DNA of 64,000 nucleotides from a virus (Duplodnaviria; Caudoviricetes): IMG/VR virus record IMGVR_UViG_3300042922_001473; one strand, 5' to 3'. Shown piece by piece: positions 1 to 9,300 of this stretch (position 1 is its first letter; each line of letters starts with the position of its first letter). The notes under the pieces were generated by a model. It saw only the letters and a program-made list of their open reading frames with translations, ran no database searches and was not told where the DNA came from. The position numbers and the translations under genes were made by a program.

Positions 1-186
1 GTTTCTAAAAATAATAATTCTAATTTTACTGGTGTGGTATATGTTAAAAAAAGAAGAAGATGGATTGCTTCTGTAAATATAAATGGAAAAACGAACTATT
101 TAGGTAATTATAAAGATTATAACAAAGCAATAGAGTGTAGAATGCTAAAAGAAAAAGAACTGTTAGAAAAAAGTAACGAAAAATAA
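1..186 (+). CDS. C-terminal part of an AP2-domain protein (5' truncated by window edge)
   Basis: Frame 1 reads VSKNNNSNFTGVVYVKKRRRWIASVNINGKTNYLGNYKDYNKAIECRMLKEKELL..*, the phage/plasmid AP2 pattern (N.S..TGV..W.A.I....YLG.....A..R...E). Confidence 0.75.
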   Translation, partial: VSKNNNSNFTGVVYVKKRRRWIASVNINGKTNYLGNYKDYNKAIECRMLKEKELLEKSNEK

Positions 187-230
187 ATATCATAAATAAA
201 AGAACACAATAATATTATTGTGTTCTTTTA

Positions 231-719
231 TTATTTTAATTTTAGATAAATTGAGTTAATTCCTGCATCAGTGTATTCGCCTTCTAATACTACCGATTTA
301 TAACCCATTTTAGTTAAAAAATTTAAAGGAATTAATGTTCGATTATTAATAATTATGACAGACGTATCAAGTTCGATTAATTTTCCATTTACTATTGCTT
401 TATTGCTTCCTATCTTAAAAATTATTGTATTTTCTTCGTTTTTTCCTTTCACTATTTGATTAACATTATCCCATTCAACATTTAATTCAAGAGTCTCGAA
501 TATAGCTCTTATTGGGACTAATGTTTTTCCGTTTAAAATTTGGGGTTTAACATCAAATTTAATTTCCTTTTCTTCTCTTAAAACATTTAATATATTTGCT
601 TTTCTGTAATAATATTTTGTAAAAACAGTGTCTCTTCCATCATTTACATCAAATCCAAATGCTGTAAAGTTGAATATAAATATTAATATCAGAACTAAAA
701 TCATAGATTTTTTAATCAT
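231..719 (-). CDS. Secreted protein with copper amine oxidase N-terminal (stalk) domain
   Basis: Start moved to ATG 719 after AGGAGG; signal-peptide-like N-terminus; motifs P.I.NG.TLVPIR.I.E.L...V.WD and I...RTL.PL.F. Confidence 0.8.
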   Translation of the reverse strand: MIKKSMILVLILIFIFNFTAFGFDVNDGRDTVFTKYYYRKANILNVLREEKEIKFDVKPQILNGKTLVPIRAIFETLELNVEWDNVNQIVKGKNEENTIIFKIGSNKAIVNGKLIELDTSVIIINNRTLIPLNFLTKMGYKSVVLEGEYTDAGINSIYLKLK

Positions 720-922
720 TTTGCGTACCTCCTTTAAAATTATGTTAAAAAAATTGTGTTTTATATTGTATGTAATTATTAACATTTCAATAAATGTGAA
801 TTTTAATAAACTATAAAACAAAAAGGTTTTAATTGTAATAATAAAAGTTGTTACAATCTATAATATTAAAAATATTTAAAAGGAACTCTATAATATATGG
901 AGTAAATAAGGAGGCAACACAA

Positions 923-1210
923 ATGATAATATTAGAAAAACCTTATACGATTAAGGAGCTTATTGATAAAAAAAATGAAAATGGTTATGTAGAAGGTGTT
1001 GTTAAAGTCAAATTGTCAGAATTGGTAGAAGGCTCATACGATGATTATCTTGATACAATTTCAGAAAAACTTACAGGTTCAAGCTTGTTAAGAGAAATTC
1101 AAGATAGAATTGTGGGTGCTGATGAAAAAGATAATGCAGTCTTACTGAGTGTAAAGGGAGACGTTACAGCTATACTCGAAATGGACATGGAACTTAATGA
1201 AGAAGAATAA
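923..1210 (+). CDS. Acidic hypothetical protein
   Basis: AAGGAGG then ATG 923; terminator follows. Confidence 0.75.
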   Translation: MIILEKPYTIKELIDKKNENGYVEGVVKVKLSELVEGSYDDYLDTISEKLTGSSLLREIQDRIVGADEKDNAVLLSVKGDVTAILEMDMELNEEE

Positions 1211-1218
1211 TTTGAGAC

Positions 1219-1253
1219 AAAAAAAAGAAGATGTTATGTGCATCTTCTTTTTT
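1219..1253. terminator. Bidirectional intrinsic terminator
   Basis: A-run-GAAGATG-loop-CATCTTC-T-run between the convergent 923-1210 gene and the micro-ORF array. Confidence 0.8.
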
Positions 1254-1287
1254 ATATAAGAAAAAATAATATATTAATAATTATTTT

Positions 1288-1320
1288 TTAAAACCAACTA
1301 AAACCATCAGGAAAAAACAT
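1288..1320 (-). CDS. Micro-ORF, peptide MFFPDGFSWF
   Basis: AAGAGGTG-ttagtaca-ATG TTT TTT CCT GAT GGT TTT AGT TGG TTT TAA. Confidence 0.6.
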   Translation of the reverse strand: MFFPDGFSWF

Positions 1321-1376
1321 TGTACTAACACCTCTTTTCTTAAAATTTGTTGAAACATTATAAAATTGTTGTTATA

Positions 1377-1409
1377 TTATAACCAACTAAAGCTATCAGG
1401 AAAAAACAT
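1377..1409 (-). CDS. Micro-ORF, peptide MFFPDSFSWL
   Basis: Same RBS and spacing; ATG TTT TTT CCT GAT AGC TTT AGT TGG TTA TAA. Confidence 0.6.
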   Translation of the reverse strand: MFFPDSFSWL

Positions 1410-1465
1410 TGTACTAACACCTCTTTTCTTAAAATTTATTAAAACATTATAAAATTGTTGTTATA

Positions 1466-1498
1466 TTATATCCAACTAATGCCATTAGGAAAAAACAT
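1466..1498 (-). CDS. Micro-ORF, peptide MFFPNGISWI
   Basis: Same RBS and spacing; ATG TTT TTT CCT AAT GGC ATT AGT TGG ATA TAA. Confidence 0.6.
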   Translation of the reverse strand: MFFPNGISWI

Positions 1499-1634
1499 CG
1501 TACTAACACCTCTTTTCTTATAAACGTTTACTTAATATTGTAGTATTTTATCTACTCATTTATTCTGTAAAATTTTACAAATTAAACTTTAATTTATTGG
1601 AAAGTTTTGATAGTATATATATTGGGGGTGTAGT

Positions 1635-2204
1635 ATGAAATATAATATAAACTACAAAGTAAATAATACATTAGTAATAATTAATCAAGATAAAGTTAAA
1701 GGTAATCAAATAAATATTACTATTAAAATAAATGAAAAAAAAATTGCATCATATGTAAAAGACTTTCATAAAATCATTATGGAAATTCATTTTAATAATT
1801 TTGTAAAAAAGTTTTTGACTAATCCTGAATACAGACGGTCTTGTTTAATATCAGGCGAATGGAATGAAATTATAAATATAGAAGATATAAATTATAAATC
1901 AGAAATTGATGATTTATGTAAAAAAACAATAATTATATTAAATAATGCAGGAACAAAGAAATTTAAGGATTTTACGAATCTCAAAACTTATGGGAAAGAT
2001 AAATTCTCATATATGAAATATGAAGAATTAAAATTATTGATTGACATTAATGATATTAAGAAAATTGAAGATATATTTCATGATAAACATTTGGTCATTA
2101 CCGCTATGAAATGGGTTGCAAGGGGATTAACTGCAGAAAACTCTATACGAAAAGTAAAAACAGATTTAACAATAGATAATAATAACAAAATTTTAAATAA
2201 GTAA
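1635..2204 (+). CDS. Hypothetical protein
   Basis: GGGGGTG RBS; 189 aa; C-terminal KWVARGL...IRKV motif. Confidence 0.75.
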   Translation: MKYNINYKVNNTLVIINQDKVKGNQINITIKINEKKIASYVKDFHKIIMEIHFNNFVKKFLTNPEYRRSCLISGEWNEIINIEDINYKSEIDDLCKKTIIILNNAGTKKFKDFTNLKTYGKDKFSYMKYEELKLLIDINDIKKIEDIFHDKHLVITAMKWVARGLTAENSIRKVKTDLTIDNNNKILNK

Positions 2205-2323
2205 TTCAGAAAGTAAAAAGAGCTGAATATAGAACTATATTAAGCACTAAATTTAAGTCTAAATATTGACTTTAATTTAAAGCTATGTTATAATGTACAT
2301 ATAAAGGCAATTGGAGGTATAAA

Positions 2324-2785
2324 ATGAAAAAACCTAATCTTAATGAGATAATAAGTATCTCAGATTTTAAGAAACAAGCGTCACAAATTCTCAATCAAAA
2401 AGAAACAAAGGTCATAATGAAAAACAATGAGCCATTATCAGTGATTATACCATATGAAGAATATCTTAAAACTATAGAAGAAGCCAAACAAGAGTTATTG
2501 AGGGGAATTGGTCAAGATATAACTATGAAAAATGGTGTAAAACTAATGGTATGTGTTGAAACTGAAGAAGACACATCAAGAGAAGGGATTGCTATAAAGG
2601 TATATAAAAAGATGCAAACAAGTGGCGATTATAAATTGTTTTACACGTTACATCTTGATGCTCCTGGTATTGAAACAACATTTACTAATGAAGAGTATCT
2701 TGAACAAATGAGAAAATATTTAGAAGATAAAGGTGCTAAACCACCATATCTAAATGAAGAGATTATTAAAACAGAGGAGAATTAA
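2324..2785 (+). CDS. Phd/YefM antitoxin-like N-terminal domain fused to unknown domain
   Basis: ISISDFKKQASQIL...VIMKNNEPLSVIIPYEEY is Phd-like; TTGACT/TATAAT promoter with an inverted repeat over the -35 (~2249-2278). Confidence 0.7.
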   Translation: MKKPNLNEIISISDFKKQASQILNQKETKVIMKNNEPLSVIIPYEEYLKTIEEAKQELLRGIGQDITMKNGVKLMVCVETEEDTSREGIAIKVYKKMQTSGDYKLFYTLHLDAPGIETTFTNEEYLEQMRKYLEDKGAKPPYLNEEIIKTEEN

Positions 2786-2786
2786 A

Positions 2787-3092
2787 GTGAAAACAATTGA
2801 TATTTATTATAATAAAGAAAAAGAATGTATTCAACTGGTGGGAAATGGCATAGTAAAGTTTCATGATGAAGCTATAAATAGCAGTGAATTTTTAAGTTAT
2901 TTTGATGATGATATGAGAGAAGTAGAAGGATTAAAAGACCTGACATTAGATGAAATTACAGAAGGTTATGATTGTATGCTTGCAGATTACAAACAAAATT
3001 GTGGAGAAAAAGCAGTTGAAGAATATTTCAATAATGTAGCACAGCAAGAAATACAAGGAGAATTGATTTGTAGTTTCAAAATTAAAGAATAG
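2787..3092 (+). CDS. Acidic hypothetical protein, co-transcribed with the Phd-like gene
   Basis: GAGGAG then GTG 2787 right after the upstream stop. Confidence 0.65.
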   Translation: MKTIDIYYNKEKECIQLVGNGIVKFHDEAINSSEFLSYFDDDMREVEGLKDLTLDEITEGYDCMLADYKQNCGEKAVEEYFNNVAQQEIQGELICSFKIKE

Positions 3093-3161
3093 CAAAATTT
3101 TTTCACTTAAAAATAGATTTAATTAATAAAAAATTCAACATGTTTTATATAAAAAACACAA

Positions 3162-3391
3162 GGTTATTAAATTAACAACCTTGTGTTTTTTATTATCGTA
3201 AATATTAAATTAACAGTACTACGCTAAACGCATAATTCGAATGATAGGACAGTACAACGTAGAAAATATCAGTATTGGTTATTAAATTAACAACCTTGTG
3301 TTTTTTATTATCGTAAATATTAAATTAACAGTACTACGCTAAACGCATAATTCGAATGATAGGACAGTACAACGTAGAAAATATCAGTATT
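3162..3391. repeat. Perfect 115-bp tandem duplication
   Basis: 3162-3276 equals 3277-3391; includes the 3' half of the terminator hairpin at ~3151-3191. Confidence 0.92.
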
Positions 3392-3426
3392 ATCATACTT
3401 TAATATGGTGACACCGCCTTAAAATA

Positions 3427-3765
3427 TCATTTTATAATAAATTCGTTACCTTCTGAAAAATATATTGTCATTTTTTCCTTATTAATTTCATTAACAAATT
3501 TATCAAATAGCGTTTCTGTCATTTTCTTTTTATCGTAATAATCTTTTATTTCATATGTCAAATTAACTTTATGATTTTCATTCTCACAGTTTAATGTAAA
3601 TAAAGCTTGAGCAGGTTTTGTAGCTATCCAATTGCCATTTCCTTTTCCTAACTCTTTTACTTTATATCCTTTATCTTTATATTTTTGTGTTTTTTTCCAA
3701 TCTCCTTGAAATGTAATACTTTCTGATGGGATATATACTGAGTCAACTATTTTACATACATTCAT
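3427..3765 (-). CDS. Hypothetical protein
   Basis: GGAGGTG then ATG 3765. Confidence 0.75.
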   Translation of the reverse strand: MNVCKIVDSVYIPSESITFQGDWKKTQKYKDKGYKVKELGKGNGNWIATKPAQALFTLNCENENHKVNLTYEIKDYYDKKKMTETLFDKFVNEINKEKMTIYFSEGNEFIIK

Positions 3766-4073
3766 TTCAAACACCTCCACTTATTACTTATAAGTCTTAA
3801 TATATGAATATTGGAATCAACTATCATAATTATATAACAGATTCAGTTAAAACGCTACTATAATAATGATTTTAATTATAAAAAAACAGGTATTGTTTTT
3901 AATAAAAATATTTAATTATGGAAAAATGCACTTCAAAACAAAACTTGTTATTTGATTATTGTTTGTTTATTGACAATTTTTAAGTTTTATATATCTATCT
4001 ATTTGCATAAGATAATAAAAATTAATATAAATGGAAAATGAAATTTTATATAAATAGGGGGATGTGATAATAA

Positions 4074-4211
4074 ATGAATTATGAATCAAAATATACTGAA
4101 GAATTAGTTTATAACGAAATTAAAAAGTCAGAAGGTAATATCGTTAAAGCTTTAGCTGTAATGTCTGTTTTAATAGTTCTATGTATAAGTGCATTTATTT
4201 CAGTAATATAA
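4074..4211 (+). CDS. 45-aa tail-anchored membrane peptide (absent from ORF track)
   Basis: AGGGGGA RBS; MNYESKYTEELVYNEIKKSEGNIVKALAVMSVLIVLCISAFISVI*; terminator follows. Confidence 0.6.
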   Translation: MNYESKYTEELVYNEIKKSEGNIVKALAVMSVLIVLCISAFISVI

Positions 4212-4284
4212 TAGTTGAATTGGAAAAAGAAGCTCTTTGCTTCTTTTTTAATAATAGAAGAAAATTTATCAAGGAGAATATATT

Positions 4285-4809
4285 GTGGAACAAGTTAAAC
4301 GAGATAAGTCGGGAAAATTTACAACTTCTGAAAAAACTAATTTAATTGGCAAAAGATTTGGAAAGCTAAAAGTTATTAGAGATAGTGGAAGAAGAATACA
4401 CAGAAAAGTTATATGGGAATGTTTATGTGATTGTAATAAAACTACCTTTGTCACAAGTGATAGATTAGTTAGTGAAAACACAAGAAGCTGTGGTTGTTTA
4501 AAAAATGAGTTCTATGAGAGTCATACACATAATAATCCGACTTTTATTGAAGGAACAGAGGTCGGGTTATTAAATCCAGAGTTAACTTATAGTCACAATA
4601 CTTCAGGTCATAGAGGAGTTTCTCAAAATAAAAAAAATGGTAAATACAGAGCTTACATACAGTTTAAAAAGAAACCGTATTGGCTTGGAACATTTATAAA
4701 TATTGAAGAAGCTATTGAAGTTAGAAAAAATGCAGAATCCATGTTGTTTGGAAATTTTTTAGAATGGTATATGGATAATAATAAGAAATTGGGAGAGGAA
4801 CATGATTAA
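4285..4809 (+). CDS. AP2-domain protein with N-terminal Cys-containing module
   Basis: LIGKRFGKLKVI..WECLCDC..RSCGCL and NTSGHRGVS..KYRAYI..YWLGTF..EEA..VRKNAE. Confidence 0.85.
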   Translation: MEQVKRDKSGKFTTSEKTNLIGKRFGKLKVIRDSGRRIHRKVIWECLCDCNKTTFVTSDRLVSENTRSCGCLKNEFYESHTHNNPTFIEGTEVGLLNPELTYSHNTSGHRGVSQNKKNGKYRAYIQFKKKPYWLGTFINIEEAIEVRKNAESMLFGNFLEWYMDNNKKLGEEHD

Positions 4810-4964
4810 TCAAGTTATGTACTGTAGTTATTAGAGAAGAAAAATAAATCTATTGGTATTGAATAGAAAGTTTTCGAGTGTTTAATATATCACATTAAAA
4901 ACACATCTAAATAGATGTGTTTTTTGTATTTCGTTATAAATTTTAAATGCATGTCAAATTTATA

Positions 4965-4993
4965 TTGACTATTGTCAATGAAAACTGTATAAT
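4965..4993 (+). promoter_or_regulatory. Sigma-A promoter with palindromic operator TTGACTATTGTCAA on the -35
   Basis: TTGACT(4965)-17 bp-TATAAT(4988). Confidence 0.85.
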
Positions 4994-5032
4994 AAAATTA
5001 AACTAAAATTAAAAATAGGAGGTTAAGTCAAA

Positions 5033-5518
5033 ATGTTTTTAAATTACCAAAACTTCATTACAGATACATTATATAACATTTTTCATCCAAACTGCAACTC
5101 ATTTGCTGATTATATACAAGTAGTATTTAGTGGAATGTTAGTTATTATTTCGGGTTTAGTAGTAATCGCAATTATAGCAGGAATTTTAATATTGCCATTT
5201 ATTGTATATAAAAAATGTGTTAAAAATATAGAAGTACAAATAAATGAAACTTATATTAGATATAGAAAGGATTATGAGGGAGACTCAAAAGATATTGAAG
5301 CACTACAATCAAAACAAGAAAAATTAGAAAATGAAAAGTTAAAATATATTATATTAGTAATTTTGCTTTCTATTGTAATTTATATTCCAATGATTCTTCC
5401 AATATTTATGATGATAATTGATTTTTTAGGGTTACTATACTTTTCTACCTTGATTGTAATTTTATTATTAATAGGATTTATTATTTTTGATATGTGGTTT
5501 CGTAGTAACTATTATTAA
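5033..5518 (+). CDS. Membrane protein, paralogue of 10182-10787
   Basis: Three hydrophobic stretches; shares N-terminus MF..YQ.FITDTL..I..P..NSF.DY.QVV and KYI...IV.YIP..LP. Confidence 0.8.
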   Translation: MFLNYQNFITDTLYNIFHPNCNSFADYIQVVFSGMLVIISGLVVIAIIAGILILPFIVYKKCVKNIEVQINETYIRYRKDYEGDSKDIEALQSKQEKLENEKLKYIILVILLSIVIYIPMILPIFMMIIDFLGLLYFSTLIVILLLIGFIIFDMWFRSNYY

Positions 5519-5643
5519 AGATAAAAAATTTCACACACATAATTTCTAAAAGTAATAGTAGGTATGGCATTGATGTTTTAATATTATATAACAAATAAAA
5601 AGATGCAAACATTGTCAATTATTTGTATCTTTTTATTTGCTAC

Positions 5644-6126
5644 TTAATAATTTTTATAGATAAATTTTAATAAATGTGGTGGAATGTTCGAATTATATAA
5701 TATTTCATTGTTATTATTTTCAAACCACTCATTACATTCACAAATTTCATCGTTGCAATCACATACAATATTTTCTAATGAATCTAAGTACCATTCACAT
5801 TGTTCTGTAATCTGGTTAGACGTTATTGAATTATTTCGAATTTCAGTAAGTAGAAAGTCAACTACGCCAAACTCTGCACTAAAAAGTTTTGTTTTATCAA
5901 GGTCTTTAGAATCTACTTCTATAATTGTATCTTCTTACTACAACCGTAACTGTGTGAAAAAAAGAAAACGCACTTACTTCTATCCATCTTATTTTTATGT
6001 TTTACATTCATAAGTAAATCATCTAATAAAACAGTATCTTTTCTTTTATTTTTTTGAATCAACATAAAGTCCTTCACTTTTTATTCTTTCGATATTATTA
6101 ATATTTATAATATGATATAGTTTCAT
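5644..6126 (-). pseudogene. Frameshifted ADP-ribosyltransferase-like (H-type) gene
   Basis: GGAGG-ATG 6126; pieces in different frames: MKLYHI / NIERIKSEGL / DRSKCVFFF / IIEVDSKDLDKTKLFSA...NEILYNSNIPPHLLKF*. Confidence 0.55.
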
Positions 6127-6383
6127 TTTCCCTCCAATGAATCAAAATGTTCTTTATATAAAAATACATACTTATTTCCTAAAACACCTGGTATATTAAT
6201 TTTTTATATTATATTTTCAATTTTTAAAAGGTATTTTATAATATTTAATTTATCTGTAGAAAAACTTCAAATTATATAATTCACTTCGTTATCTATAATA
6301 TATTATTGCAAAAAACAAGGTACAATTTTTGTAAATTTAAAAAGGCAAGTAAAAAATTATTTATATAGTGGAGGATTATTATA

Positions 6384-9300
6384 ATGGCAAAACAAAATGT
6401 AGCTTACAAAATGGTAGAATCAGAGGTGTTTAAAGGAGCTGATGAAATAAAAAATTCAATTAAACAAGGACTTAAATTAATTAATAGTAAAAGAACTATA
6501 AAAAATGAAGAAGAGCTTCCTTATCCTATGGATACAAGTTATGGAGAAAAGGATTGGAATATCACTTCAGCTTTAAGAGAAATTATTGCAAATGCTATAG
6601 ATACTGGTTCTGAGTATAAAATTGATTATGTTTCTGGATTTGCAGTAATTAGAGACAAAGGAGCAGGGTTAACTAAACAATCTTTTATTTTCGGGAAAAG
6701 TACAAAAAGAGAGTCTGATTCTAAAGTTGGACAATTTGGCGAAGGAACAAAAATGAGTTTTTTGACACTTCTTCGACTTGAAAGAATAGTTTGGGTTAAT
6801 ACTGTTGGCTTTACAACATTGGTAGATAAAGTTCCATCTGAAAAGTATGGTGCTGAATTAATGAAATTAAGATTTTTACCAAACGATAGAAAAGAAGGAA
6901 CGGATATTTTTATTGAATGTTCTGAACAAGAGCTGGAAGAAGCAAAGAGACTTTTCCTTGAACTAAGTCCTCTTGAAAAAATTGACAACAATATATTTAA
7001 ACCTGCAAACAGTATTTTTATAGTTGGTTTAAAAACAACAACATTGACTAACACTCTATTTAGCTATAACATAGAAGATAAAACTATGACAAACAGAGAC
7101 CGCAATATTGTTGATGTTGTAAAATTACAATCAAGTGTCATGAATATATTAAAAAAGGCAAAGAATCAAGCTTTTATAAAAGAATATTTAACTGCTTTTA
7201 AGGATAATTCAAATGCTTTTGAATATCAATTACCATTCATACCTGACGAATCAAAAAAAGATACATGGGTTAAAGTACTTAAAAAAGTATTACCAAAAGC
7301 TGTTTTATCATCAGATATGCAATCAGATTTATATGCAAGCATGATGGGATATACGGTTTTAAGAAATGTACCTTCCAATTTACACAGAGTATTTAAATAC
7401 TTAGGTGTTAGTGAAAGTAGCGTCTATGCAAGAAACTACAATGGAGAAGGTTTGAAAATTGATAAGAAAATTATATTTCCAATCTCTGAAGGTTATGTTG
7501 GTCAATGGACAAGAAAAGATGCAATAAAAGAATTTCTTGCAAACTCACTTGATGCAGGAGACAAAATAAGTGTTACATGTAGCGATGGGAAAGTAAGAAT
7601 ATCTGATAATGGAGTAGGTATTGCTAAAAAACACTTTGTATTCGGAGTTTCTGAAAAAAATGACACTGCAATTGGTAAATGGGGAGAGGGTATGAAAATT
7701 GCTTGTTTAGTTCTTGCAAGAACCCAAAGCCCAGTAAAAATTGAGACAGTAGGCTACACTTATGAAGCAAAATTAGAAAAAAATGACGACTTTGGAATGA
7801 AGCTATTGGTTGTTTATTATACTAAAAATTTAAGGACAAAAGGAACTTCCATTGTATTCAATGCCACTGAAAAGGAAATTGAAGAAGCCAAGGGAATGTT
7901 TATTCAATTTAAAGGGGTCAGAAACAAAAAAATTTCAACAGACATTATGGATGTTTATTTTGAAAATCCTGGTGTTGTTTATTCCAATGGACTTGAAACT
8001 ACAAAAATAAATGCACTCTTTAGTTATAACATTAAAAATAAAGAAATAGTTTCATCAAGAGACAGAAATGCAGTAGATACCTATAAATTGCAGGAATATA
8101 TTGAAAAATTCCTTTCTGCTTCAACTGATGAAACGATTATAGACAAATTCTTAAGTGGCTGGCAGAATGATAGGGGTTTAATTGAATATAGAGCACAATT
8201 TCAGCCTAAAAGCGAAGAAGTATGGATTAAAATTGCTAAAAAAACTTTTAATAAAGCATGTTTTGCTATAGATGGTTATGATAATGAAGACTTTATAGCT
8301 AAACAGGCAGGATATACTATTCTTAGAGAAGTTCCGTATTCTGTTAGAAGAGTATTAGAACGAGCAGGTATAAAAAGAGCAGATATTATAGCAAAGAAAT
8401 ATAAAAACAAAGGCATACTATTAGGGGATAGAATTGTATACCCTATAACAAAAGAGTATGTAAGCAATATGAGTATAGATGACGCTATAAAAGAACTTAT
8501 ATCGAATTGCCTTGACACAGAATCTAAAACTTCAATTTCTTGTGGTGACGGTATAATTTCAATAAGTGATAAAGGTGAAGGGATTTCGAAGAAAAACTTA
8601 TTGTTTTCAGAATCTAATAAAACTGAAAGTCAAATTGGTCAATTTTGTGAGGGTTTAAAATTTGCTTCATTGGTACTTGCAAGAAATAATAGAGAATTTA
8701 AGATTTCAACAAAGGGTTATGACTATGTTGCTACAATAGAACGTGACACACAGTTTAAAGCGGATGTTCTTGTAATAACTCTTTCAGCTAACAGAAAAAG
8801 AGTTGGAACTGATATAACATTTAAAGGAACTCAGCAAGAACTTAATAGAGCAAAAAATAATTTTTTAGCATTTAATGAAAGCTTCAAGCGTGTAGACTGT
8901 GGAATATATTCACCAGGGGGAAATATTTTTGTTAATGGAGTATTTATACAAAAAATTAACTCAATCTACAGTTATGATATAATAGGAGCAAAAGATATTG
9001 TTTCGAGAGAGAGAAAAACTATAGACTTTGAAAAAGCGAAAATAAGTATTTCTTCATTGGTATCAATATCGGATAATAAGAAATTTATTGAGCACTTTAT
9101 TACAAACAAACAATATGATAAAATAGAACATCAATTATCGGTTAATCCGCTAAATAAAGCTGTTTGGAAAGAAGTAATTGGAACAGTTTATGCAAAACAC
9201 TGTTTTGCAACTGGTAGCGATTATGATGGAGTAGCAATGGACAAAGGTTATAAATTAATACTTCAGACTTCCATAACAATGCAAGCATTGCTTTCAAGAT

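Larger units (their letters stand above)
1292..1520. repeat. 89-bp tandem repeat, ~2.6 copies, each containing an RBS and a 10-codon ORF on the minus strand
   Basis: Units start at 1292, 1381 and 1470 (AACCAACTAA...GGAAAAAACATTGTACTAACACCTCTTTTCTTA...). Confidence 0.95.

Noticed and set aside
1292-1520. Calling the 89-bp repeats CRISPR or iterons
   Set aside because: There are no unique spacers, and the units are better explained by RBS + micro-ORF.
5684-6013. Tracked + strand 109-aa ORF
   Set aside because: Antisense shadow of the frameshifted ART-like gene on the minus strand; Ser/His-rich composition typical of reverse frames.
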